Assembly (NCBI GenBank): GCA_002269645.1
Contig: NIVC01002157.1
Coordinates: forward strand, 62,001 to 126,000
Source: Macrostomum lignano
Taxonomy: Eukaryota
Length of the DNA stretch: 64,000 nt
Reading direction: 5' to 3'
Below, piece by piece: positions 48,005-58,050 of the stretch. The number at the start of each line of letters is the position of its first letter. Position 1 is the first letter of the stretch. Position numbers and translations under genes: made by a program. Below the pieces are notes generated by a model. The model searched no databases. It had not been told where the DNA came from and was given only the letters and a program-made list of their open reading frames with translations.

Positions 48005-48995
48005 AGGGATAGGAATGTGGAGTGGGTGAGAGGGGTAGGACTGTGGGGTGGGTGAGAGGGGTAGAACTGTGGGGTGGGTGAGAGGGGTAGGACTGTGGGG
48101 TGGGTGAGAGGGGTAGGACTGTGGGGTGGGTGAGAGGGGTAGGACTGTGGGGTGGGTGAGAGGGGTAGAACTGTGGGGTGGGTGAGAGGGGTAGGACTGT
48201 GGGGTGGGTGAGAGGGGTAGGACTGTGGGTGGGTGAGAGGGTAGAACTGTGGGGTGGGTGAGAGGGGTAGGACTGTGGGGTGGGTGAGAGGGTAGGACTG
48301 TGGGGTGGGTGAGAGGGGTAGAACTGTGGGGGGTGAGAGGGGTAGGACTGTGGGGTGGGTGAGAGGGGTAGGACTGTGGGGTGGGTGAGAGGGGTAGGAC
48401 TTGGGTGGGTGAGAGGGGTAGGACTGTGGGGTGGGTGAGAGGGGTAGGAATGTGGGGTGGGTGAGAGGGGTAGAAGTATGGGGTGGGTGAGAGGGGTAGG
48501 AATGTGTGGTGGGTGAGAGGGGTAGGAATGTGGGGTGGGTGAGAGGGGTAGGACTGTGGGGTGGGTGAGAGGGGTAGGAATGTGGGGTGGGTGAGAGGGG
48601 TAGAAGTATGGGGTGGGTGAGAGGGGTAGGAATGTGGAGTGGGTGAGAGGGATAGGAATGTGGGGTGGGTGAGAGGGGTAGGACTGTGGGGTGGGTGAGA
48701 GGGGTAGGAATGTGGGGTGGGTGAGAGGGGTAGGAATGTGTGGTGGGTGAGAGGGGTAGAAGCATGGGGTGGGTGAGAGGGATAGGAATGTGGAGTGGGT
48801 GAGAGGGGTAGGAATGTGGGGTGGGTGAGAGGGATAGGAATGTGGGGTGGGTGAGGTATAGGAATGTGGGGTGGGTGAGGTATAGGAATGTGGGGTGGGT
48901 GAGGTATAGGAATGTGGGGTGGGTGAGAGGGGTAGGAGTGTGGGGTGGGTGAGAGGGGTAGAAGTATGGGTGGAGGGTGAGAGGGGTAAGAGTTG
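48005..48995. repeat. G-rich ~26 bp minisatellite GAGAGGGGTAGGACTGTGGGGTGGGT
   Basis: Direct reading. Confidence 0.97.
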
Positions 48996-49744
48996 TGGGT
49001 CGGTGAGAGGGGCAGGAATATGCATTTGTATTGGGTAATTGCGTCAAATGCCAAAGACATAAAAAAGTAAATCTAGCTCGCATTCGATAAAAAATTGATA
49101 TGCAAATTGACGCAACTGGCATGTGCTGCAATCACAGGATTTATTAGAACGTGTACTATATTACTTTTGTTAATTAATTAATGTACTGCATAATACAGAA
49201 TATTGACATAGGCAAAAAAGTAATCGAAAAATATCAACCAATCAATCGTGCAAAACATTTACAAGACATGATTGGACATGTATATACAGAATTGATGCAA
49301 AAAATGATTGGACTATACATAATTTGTTTTTTTAATCATACACAAACAGTACTGTAGAAACAGACTTAAGCCGATTCCAAGAAACATACCGAGATGGAAA
49401 ATAGTCGAAAATCTAAAATAACAATAATAATAATAATGAGCAAATGAAATCCAGAGACAACTGCAAGTAAAAAAGCAAACAACCTAAACGCCGGCCGTGT
49501 TAATAGTTGAAAAAATATATTGACTTTGGGACAATCAATTTTAATGAACTGATAACCCGGCACAATTCATAGCACGGATATACATACGCTCGTACTTTTA
49601 AACTTGACGGACTACACTATACTACTGACGAATAATACTTTTACAAGTAGAATCTGACTGGGAAATCGAAATTTTTGATTGACAAGCTTTCTCGGTCAAC
49701 TTATTTTCTGTTTAATTCAAGCCGTTTTGAAACAAAAAAGGGAA

Positions 49745-51287
49745 TAGGAAAAGGGGAATTTTTACCTGAAGCTTTGGGATCTGAGATATTGACTTGGGGA
49801 ATAGGGATTTTCTACCTGAAGCTTTGGGATCTGAGATATTGACTTGGGGAAATAGGGATTTTCTACCTGAAGCTTTGGGATCTGAGATATTGACTTGGGG
49901 AAATAGGGATTTTTACCTGAAGCTTTGGGATCTGAGATATTGACTTGGGGAATAGGGATTTTCTACCTGAAGCTTTGGGATCTGAGATATTGACTTGGGG
50001 AAATAGGGATTTTCTACCTGAAGCTTTGGGATCTGAGATATTGACTTGGGAAATAGGGATTTTCTACCTGAAGCTTTGGGATCTGAGATATTGACTTGGG
50101 GAAATAGGGATTTTCTACCTGAAGCTTTGGGATCTGAGATATTGACTTTGGGGAATAGGGATTTTCTACCTGAAGCTTTGGGATCTGAGATATTGACTTG
50201 GGGAAATAGGGATTTTCTACCTGAAGCTTTGGGATCTGAGATATTGACTTGGGGAAATAGGGATTTTCTACCTGAAGCTTTGGGATCTGAGATATTGACT
50301 TGGGGAAATAGGGATTTTCTACCTGAAGCTTTGGGATCTGAGATATTGACTTTGGGGAATAGGGATTTTCTACCTGAAGCTTTGGGATCTGAGATATTGA
50401 CTTGGGGAAATAGGGATTTTCTACCTGAAGCTTTGGGATCTGAGATATTGACTTGGGGAAATAGGGATTTTCTACCTGAAGCTTTGGGATCTGAGATATT
50501 GACTTTGGGGAATAGGGATTTTCTACCTGAAGCTTTGGATCTGAGATATTGACTTGGGGAAATAGGGATTTTCTACCTGAAGCTTTGGGATCTGAGATAT
50601 TGACTTGGGGAAATAGGGATTTTCTACCTGAAGCTTTGGGATCTGAGATATTGACTTGGGGAAATAGGGATTTTCTACCTGAAGCTTTGGGATCTGAGAT
50701 ATTGACTTGGGGAAATAGGGATTTTCTACCTGAAGCTTTGGGATCTGAGATATTGACTTGGGGAAATAGGGATTTTCTACCTGAAGCTTTGGGATCTGAG
50801 ATATTGACTTTGGGGAATAGGGATTTTCTACCTGAAGCTTTGGGATCTGAGATATTGACTTGGGGAAATAGGGATTTTCTACCTGAAGCTTTGGGATCTG
50901 AGATATTGACTTGGGGAAATAGGGATTTTCTACCTGAAGCTTTGGGATCTGAGATATTGACTTGGGGAATAGGGATTTTCTACCTGAAGCTTTGGGATCT
51001 GAGATATTGACTTGGGGAAATAGGGATTTTCTACCTGAAGCTTTGGGATCTGAGATATTGACTTGGGGAAATAGGGATTTTCTACCTGAAGCTTTTGGAT
51101 CTGAGATATTGACTTGGGGAAATAGGGATTTTCTACCTGAAGCTTTGGGATCTGAGATATTGACTTGGGGAAATAGGGATTTTCTACCTGAAGCTTTGGG
51201 ATCTGAGATATTGACTTGGGGAAATAGGGATTTTCTACCTGAAGCTTTGGGATCTGAGATATTGACTTGGGGAAATAGGGATTTTTA
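49745..51287. repeat. Homogeneous 51 bp minisatellite, ~30 copies
   Basis: Unit GGGGAAATAGGGATTTTCTACCTGAAGCTTTGGGATCTGAGATATTGACTT. Confidence 0.98.
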
Positions 51288-51580
51288 GAAGTTTTCTAAC
51301 TATTAAAACTTCTAAAAATATTGATATATTGATCAGCAGCTTTCTAATCGAAAATGTTTGCATGGGATCTGAAATTTGAAGTAAACCGGGATTCTCAGTA
51401 TCTGATTTGGGATCAAGATGCTGAGCAAGCGCCCGTTACATCAGAATGGAATTCGGCACTTATATAAAATACGAGATCGCTGTCCGGGTGCGGGCGATAA
51501 TTAGATTCGGCAATTCAATTCTCAAGCTTTGGCTCCCTGCTGCTGCTGCTGTCTGTTTGTCAGCGAAGCTTCGATGCTCT

Positions 51581-51845
51581 TCAACACGCCCGGCAGTTGC
51601 TGCGGCCGGTGGCTGGCGAGGCCGCGCCCGGCTGCCGAAGGCTGAGCACCTTCTGCAGGCCCTGGCGAACTCGCTGGAAATTGTACTCGATAATGCCCTG
51701 CCTGTCCATGCCCTCCTCGCGGAGCACGCAGACCAAAGCCAGGCGGCGATCGACGCCGCGCAGCAGCAGCACTGTGCTGTTGTCAAGGCGGATGGAGGCG
51801 GCCGTTTCCTCGCTGAACCCGGCCGACTCGTCTGCCAGCTCCGGA
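51581..51845 (-). CDS. RRAGC: RagC/D GTPase, last exon (roadblock domain: ASIRLDNSTVLLLRGVDRRLALVCVLREE...IIEYNF)
   Basis: Matches the RagC/D C-terminus (IKLNNTTVLYL..LALVCILREE..GLIDYNF); acceptor CCCGCAG phase 2; TGA at 51583-51581. Confidence 0.92.
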
Positions 51846-51859
51846 CTGCGGGTGGTTGG

Positions 51860-52600
51860 GGATGCCGCTGTTCTGAGATCTGGGGATGCCGCTGTTCTGA
51901 GATCTGGGATTCTGCTGTTCTGAGATCTGGGGATTCTGCTGTTCTGAGATCTGGGGATTCTGCTGTTCTGAGATCTGGGGATTCTGCTGTTCTCAGATCT
52001 GGGGATTCTGCTGTTCTCAGATCTGGGGATTCTGCTGTTCTCAGATCTGGGGATTCTGCTGTTCTCAGATCTGGGGATTCTATCATTCTGAGGTGGGGAT
52101 TCTGTAATCCTGAGATGGGAATTCTGCCATTCTGGGGTGGGAATTCTGCCATTCTGGGGTGGGGATTCTGCTATTCTGGGGTGGGATTCTGCTATTCTGG
52201 GGTGGGGATTCTGCTATTCTGGGGTGGGGATTCTGCCATTCTGGGGTGGGGATTCTGCCATTCTGATACGGGGATTCTGCCATTCTGATACGGGGATTCT
52301 GCTATTCTGAGGTGGGGATTCTGCTATTCTGAGGTGGGGATTCTGTCATTCTGGGGTGGGGATTCTGCCATTCTGGGTGGGATTCTGCTATTCTGGGGTG
52401 GGGATTCTGCTATTCTGGGGTGGGGATTCTGCTATTCTGGGGTGGGGATTCTGCCATTCTGGGTGGGGATTCTGCCATTCTGATACGGGGATTCTGCCAT
52501 TCTGATACGGGATTCTGCTATTCTGAGGTGGGGATTCTGCTATTCTGGGGTGGGGATTCTGCTATTCTGGGGTGGGGATTCTGCTGTTCTGAGATGGGGG
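51860..52600. repeat. Minisatellite, 24 bp unit CTGGGGATTCTGCTGTTCTGAGAT grading into a 22-23 bp GGGATTCTGCYATTCTGGGGT unit
   Basis: Direct reading; fills the last Rag intron. Confidence 0.93.
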
Positions 52601-52677
52601 TTACAGGTTAGGATTAAGCCATTTTAAAGCCAAAGAGGTTCTTAACAGATGTTCAAACGTATGTACCAATAGCTCAC

Positions 52678-52825
52678 CCATCTGAGTAAATAGTGCCAAC
52701 GTCCACCACAAGGTCGATCATATCGCAGCAGAGCTCGTAAACCTGCATGTCAACGGGTGACGGGTCTGTTGCTATGTAAATTTGGTTGCCACGTCGAACA
52801 GGAATGCTTTCTCGAGACCGGAGTT
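52678..52825 (-). CDS. RRAGC: RagC/D exon ([38 protein letters not shown]), with an apparent 1-nt frameshift
   Basis: Near-invariant RagC motif; 148 nt observed vs 149 needed; T3 run at 52781-52783 is one base short, giving an early TAG. Confidence 0.9.
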
Positions 52826-52945
52826 CTGAAAAGAGGGGAATAGAAGATATTTGTTATTATAATTCTCCCATCATATAACATTGTTATTGCTCCAGTAAAC
52901 ACTATACTAAAAAAGTCTAGACTAAACAAATCGCGATTGGCTTAC

Positions 52946-53082
52946 ATTGCAGAAAATATTGAGCAAACTTTCGAACGCGCCCATATGCGGGATGAGCTTC
53001 TGCACCACTTTGCTGAACGCTTCGAAAATCGAATGGTCGTAAATAGTAGTCAGGTGATAGTGAATATTGATCACTTCATTGC
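52946..53082 (-). CDS. RRAGC: RagC/D exon ([23 protein letters not shown]...LLNIFC), end of the G domain
   Basis: LT(S/T)[19 protein letters not shown] is diagnostic of RagC/D; acceptor CCGCAG phase 1, donor GTAAGC phase 0. Confidence 0.93.
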
Positions 53083-53167
53083 CTGCGGAGATTAGATAGG
53101 ATAGATAGGATAGGGGTATTTATTTAATAAACAAAAACTATCTAAGCGACTGTTTAATAAAACATGC

Positions 53168-53299
53168 GCAACCTTGGGAATCCCCTGGCCGTTTCTATTG
53201 GCAACACACACATGTAGGTTGCTATTGGCTGCGAGGAGTCACGTGACTACTACCTGTCCAATAGCGACTTACACGATTGAGGGTGATTACCAAGGTTGC
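53168..53299. mobile_element. MITE-like quasi-palindromic element (~19 bp imperfect inverted ends) enclosing ATTGG-AGTCACGTGACT-CCAAT
   Basis: GCAACCTTGGGAATCCCCT vs reverse complement of GGGTGATTACCAAGGTTGC, 16/19 identical; no TSD found. Confidence 0.45.
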
Positions 53300-53304
53300 C
53301 CCCA

Positions 53305-53490
53305 GACATGAGCCCAGTGGTCCAGCGCGGCGCTCTTTATCCCAGCGGCCGCGGCTCGATTCCAAGTGCAGTCACATTAGTTCTGTGGCTAAATTGGAAT
53401 CTCGGCTTGGCTCTGCTAATGCAGTTAACAGCCTTGAGGGCCAACCCCCAAGGCAGAGTTAAGTGTACATGCCTAACGATAAATAAAGTT
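53305..53490 (+). mobile_element. Possible tRNA-derived SINE head
   Basis: A-box-like AGCCCAGTGG at 53311 and B-box-like GGCTCGATTCC at 53353; A-rich ATAAATAAA near 53480. Confidence 0.3.
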
Positions 53491-54195
53491 AGGGCCGCTG
53501 TACACTCCAGTGTGAATGTGCCTGTGCGTATGACTGCGTACGTATCAGCGTGCTTCTGTGCCTGCTCAGGGGAGTCGACGGAATGGGCAGTGATGCCTCT
53601 CGCCGGTTGTGACAATGTCGCTTAAAGTGGTGCCAGGGTGCACACAGCTGCCAGCCCACTGTCTATTAGCGGCCGTGGCGACCATGTGCCGAAAAGTTTG
53701 CGTCTCAGAAAGATTCGCGTCTAGTCTGAACCACATAATTTAAAGTACATTTAGAAAAGTGGCCGGAATTGCATGTCCGGAACTTGTCCGAAAGCGGATA
53801 CTAGTGGCCGAAATTTGGAAACTTTAGTTGATCATCGTTAACTTATAACTGGCCACATTTTGATCAAATGAATCAAAGGTTTGCTCGCTTTCGCATTTCG
53901 GGGTCATCATTTTTCGCGTGAGGTCCGAGAATTCGATTATATTGTGATTTCAGATTTTAAGCCACACATTTTCATAGTTTATCCGATAGTTTGATTTTTT
54001 CATTTTGCATGTATTTGACAACTCTTAAACTGTCCAGTAACTGTTCCTTGCAGCTATGGACAACCTGCACGTTTTCTGAGCTACACTTGCTCAGAGCTAC
54101 ATTTGGCCTGGCATTTGACTTGCTCATGCAAGTGTAGCTCAGACTGTCGCGACTTTCTTAGTCATTTCTTTAGTTCACCTTCACTTGTCTCTGTT

Positions 54196-54197
<2 letters not shown>

Positions 54198-54258
<61 letters not shown>

Positions 54259-54275
54259 CTCTCTCTCTCTCTTTC
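54198..54275. repeat. (CT)n microsatellite
   Basis: Direct reading; a second (CT)n tract lies near 55060-55095. Confidence 0.97.
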
Positions 54276-54280
54276 TCACC

Positions 54281-55030
54281 CCCAATCACTCGATTGCAAA
54301 CTTTGTCTCCATTGCTATCGAACAAGTTCTTAATAACAACAAAATCGAACTAAGGGAAGAAATCTGGATTAAAAAACTGGGGACTGACAAACCGCCAGGT
54401 ACGAACATCAGGGTCGACAATCACCTTCTCCGACCCATCCCAATGGTCTTTCCTTTTCACCCATCTACGGTCTGGCTTGCCAACGAGATTGCTAAAAACT
54501 TTGATAAGCTACAAAATAAACCAGGCTCCCGCATACTGCCCACTTTTACACGGCAACGTAACTTACAGAGCCTCCTGGCTCCCAATAAGTTCAAGTCTCA
54601 GCCAGGAAACATTGAATCATTTTAACCAATGCGCTATTTTTACCCTATTGAAATACAATATTTATTCACGTGTCATTTATTTTATTTTATTCAAACTGCT
54701 TAACTGTACGCTCAATATTGATTTTTATGCTCCTACCCCCAATACCGGCATTTCATCTAATCGTATAGTATCGCATATCGTATAGTTCGAAATAACAATT
54801 TTTTATAACAAATATACCGTCGTTTAAAATTAATGGTGGAAAGCCTCTGGGACAAGTTAGAGCTAGGCAAAACAGGGTTTTAAATGTACATCCCTCATAT
54901 GTACAACTACTCATCAATTCTATCAGACTAAGAAAAATAATACTTAAAAGACCAACTTGAATTGCATGACACACAGATTTTTTGGCCTGACGAAGAGCCC
55001 AGAGGCTCGAATCCGGTAGCCCAGATTTAT
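54281..55030 (+). mobile_element. Penelope-like element, 5'-truncated 3' end: GIY-YIG C-terminus (NHS..IAIE..REEIWIKKLGT..PPGTN), stop at 54625, then 3' UTR with a hammerhead motif
   Basis: RE..WI..L.T..P.G.N is the PLE endonuclease terminal motif; a downstream CTGACGA..GAA motif is typical of PLE ends. Confidence 0.7.
54984..55021 (+). ncRNA. Minimal type I hammerhead ribozyme motif, variant at position 15.1
   Basis: Stem I GGC/GCC, core CUGACGA, stem II GAGCC-CAGA-GGCUC, GAA, palindromic CCGG stem III, GUA cleavage triplet; U instead of A at 15.1. Confidence 0.65.
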
Positions 55031-55407
55031 TTAATTATTTTTTAAACACGCCGTGACCTCTCTTCTCTCTCTCTCTCTCTCTCTACCTCTCTCTGTCTAG
55101 TAGCTCAATCTTGTTATTCCTCTCTCTCTCTCCCTTGCTGCCTTCTGATTGGCTCTCCATTCTCGCCTCTCTCTTTAGGCGCGCACTCCACCCTTCCCTT
55201 TATTATCTGCATTCAACCCCCCCCCCCGAGTTAATGTCTGATATAAATATTGTTGTTTGGGCCCTAAATCTCACTCTCTTCTTTCTCATCAATTTAACTC
55301 TAATTTAGGTAGTTAAGTCTTAATATTTTCACCTCATAGACAACACTGAGTAGTTGTTTAGTAGAAAATCATCCAGTAATCCTTTAATCGGCTCTCTTCC
55401 TTTTTAG

Positions 55408-55458
55408 CTGACAGAAAGCGCGAGGTTATCGAAGAGATCAATATAGCTTTCCAGAATG
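55408..55458 (+). CDS. Possible 51 nt phase 1-1 microexon (DRKREVIEEINIAFQN)
   Basis: Polypyrimidine tract plus TTTTTAG acceptor and G|GTGAGA donor; open only in phase 1; link to the downstream ORF not established. Confidence 0.3.
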
Positions 55459-55891
55459 GTGAGATACTTCGTCAAAATCGTCCGTAAATGATACAAAACA
55501 TGTCATTCAGTTGTAAAGAAACTATATTTGGTAAACTCCTTTTTATGCTATGACTGTTCATTACTACCAACTATCCGTTAAACTTGAAGACTTTTAAATT
55601 CATTGGCTACATGCAAAGCCCAGCTACCTCTTGTTACATTTATCGTGCTCACTTAACTATGAAAAGTATAATTTTTTCGTTTTTCGTTTGGCGTTTATCA
55701 CGGGCAAATATCATAAGATCTATGATCAAAAGTAAGATCGTAAAATTTTCAAAGCCAGGACAGGAGTTAAAAGTCTATGGCCCGAAGCTGCAACCCAATT
55801 TATATGTTAAAAAGACAGATAAGATAGCTCGAGGACTGACTTTAAGTCAAATTGAAAGTCATATTGAAAAATATATAACGATCAACGCCAG

Positions 55892-56989
55892 TTTCGGTCT
55901 TGCTTTTATCATGTCGTTGAGGACTCGCGCAACCTCGACCACGGCGAGCCATCGCAGCCACTACCAAGCTGCCGCTGGGCGCCGAACTTCATTCGGCCAA
56001 GCCCCAAAGGCCACCATCGCTTTCAGTCATCTGCCAGCAGCGACGCCAGCTGCAGTGACAGCAACGGAAGCAGCAAGTACTTGTCCCTTGGTCACATCGG
56101 AGCCACTCGGACACACAGCCAGACAAGCAGCCCGAGTTCAGAGTGCAGCTTTAACTCAAGGATTCTAGACAATGGGAACCGCCAATGGGACCGCCTCATC
56201 AAACTGGCAGTGCGCGATGCCAACTCTTCGAACCGCCAGCAGTCGACCAGGCGTCGGAGTCGCCGACATGACTCGATGTCACCGCAGCCAATCCAGCCGG
56301 TGTTTTCGCCGCCACCGTCGCCCACTGCGAACCCGTACAGGTACCGGCGCGGTCGCAGCGCAGGACGGCACCATGAGGATTCGATCAGCCCTGCGCAGCG
56401 TTGGAACGACAACAGTTCCAACCAAAGCAAGATATACGACTTCAGACCGTTGAGACAGCAGCGGCAGAGAAGAACGGCCTGCAAGCCGCAGTTGCTGCAG
56501 CAGCACAAGCATGGACGAATGATGCAGGAACAGCAGCCAAATAAGATCTACGCTGGCAATCACGCGGAGAGCAATGTGCTGCTCAATCGGAAGCTCAACG
56601 ACTCACTTCGACGGCTGCAGTCGCAGAGACGAAGCAGCCGCAACTTGGTGCGGTGCAACAATGAGGACAGGTGGACGTCTTTCTATGGCAAAGACGACAG
56701 CGATTCCAGCCAAAGTGAGCAGGAAGAGAGACCGCTCCCAGTTCAAAAGGCTCAGCAATGGGTGCGGGACAGGTGCGGCAGAGATGAGCGAGCCCGAGAA
56801 CTAGAGCCTAGCTGCGATGGCGCCAGAGGCTGCATGCGAGAGACCAGAAGCCACCGCGAGACCCTGTTCAGCTGCCCGTTCATGGCCCTGTCACTGACGA
56901 CCAAGATCTACGAGTGCGATAAATGCGCTACCAAATACCACAGCAGTTTGAGCGGCAGTCGGGCTCGAATGCCATGGGTTCAGCAGTGA
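55892..56989 (+). CDS. Unassigned protein, probable terminal exon: S/R/Q-rich with a C-terminal CPF..YECDKC..H motif
   Basis: Open for 366 codons in non-repetitive GC-rich DNA within AT-rich flanks; phase 0 acceptors at 55891 or 55921; TGA at 56987-56989; family not recognised. Confidence 0.55.
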   Translation, partial: FRSCFYHVVEDSRNLDHGEPSQPLPSCRWAPNFIRPSPKGHHRFQSSASSDASCSDSNGSSKYLSLGHIGATRTHSQTSSPSSECSFNSRILDNGNRQWDRLIKLAVRDANSSNRQQSTRRRSRRHDSMSPQPIQPVFSPPPSPTANPYRYRRGRSAGRHHEDSISPAQRWNDNSSNQSKIYDFRPLRQQRQRRTACKPQLLQQHKHGRMMQEQQPNKIYAGNHAESNVLLNRKLNDSLRRLQSQRRSSRNLVRCNNEDRWTSFYGKDDSDSSQSEQEERPLPVQKAQQWVRDRCGRDERARELEPSCDGARGCMRETRSHRETLFSCPFMALSLTTKIYECDKCATKYHSSLSGSRARMPWVQQ

Positions 56990-57479
56990 TTTATTTCATC
57001 GACTTTTTTAGATAAAGTGATATTTTAGTAGTGACAATCCTTGCCATTTGTTGCAAAACGGACAAATATTTGTATTTTTTAATATCCTTTTTTGGAAATG
57101 CGGACCGGCAGAGAGTTCCTTTGCACTAACACGCAGCCTAATTCGATTTCGGGTGAATTTTTCAGTGAAAATAAAACTTTAATACACATTTTATCCATTA
57201 ACTCCTACCATTTTCTAAGTTTTGGCAACTTTGGTGTGCGTTTTTTATTCTACGCTTCGTGTTACCGTAGGTTGTGTTGGATCGCTTTTCATAAAAACAG
57301 CAGTCATCTCAATAAGCGACTGATCCTATATTTCTAAGGTAACAGAAAGATTGCAGAACCTCTGCCAGGCACGACGAGATTCAACTTCAACTTCGAAATG
57401 CACAGCCATCCTTTTTAGCCCGGACCAGCGGGAGTAATTTTGAAAACTGCACGTCTACATCAACGGAAATCAGCTCCCG

Positions 57480-58050
57480 CCAGCTCTCTACCCGAAAATT
57501 CTTAGTGTCAAGTTCGACTCCTTGCTGTCCTTCGTTCAGCACTGAAGAATTGACACTAAAAGGCGATCACAATCATGCTCCCATTTCATAGGCAGAAGTG
57601 CGACTGTTAAAACTGAAGCGCAGACTAAATGTGCTAGCTATAGAGCAGCCTGCCAAGCGCTTCAGGTGTATCGTTGATGAAGTAGCGAGTAATGATCCGG
57701 CACTCACGATCATGCTTTTCCTGATGTACAACAACGAGCCAGGCGTGCGACCCAGTATACCAAGCTCGATCGAGGAGACATGCATCTCCTAGAATCTGAT
57801 GAGCTGAACTTGTGAAAATGGTGAGAAATTTTACCAAGGCTCTGCCTCCACCCAAGGACCACTAGGAACACTTCGTTATATAAGGACGCTACACTCTTGA
57901 TTCGTGTAAAAATAGTTGAAGGGCGATTTTCGTTGTCGTATACATTAGCGAGATAGATAAATTGCACGATTTTCATCAAAATATGTGCTGTTTGCAGTAG
58001 CTTAAGTTTATTTATTTCACAAATTTTGCAATATAAAACCAGAAACACTT
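57480..58050 (+). mobile_element. Degenerate Mutator-like (FLYWCH/MULE-type) transposase remnant
   Basis: GDHNHAP..EV..LKRRL..A pattern typical of MULE N-termini, interrupted by stops. Confidence 0.35.

Noticed and set aside
45376-51288. Long ORFs (ILALP, SDIGTP, HPPH, GNRDFLPEA repeats)
   Set aside because: 21, 26 and 51 bp minisatellites; only 45724-45918 is coding (TMX3 exon 1)
51446-52288. 280 aa plus-strand and 230 aa minus-strand ORFs
   Set aside because: They overlap the Rag last exon in the wrong frame or strand and extend through a 24 bp repeat
56300-56345. LRP5/6 (arrow) cytoplasmic tail suggested by PPPSP
   Set aside because: Only one motif instead of five, no TM segment or other LRP features nearby
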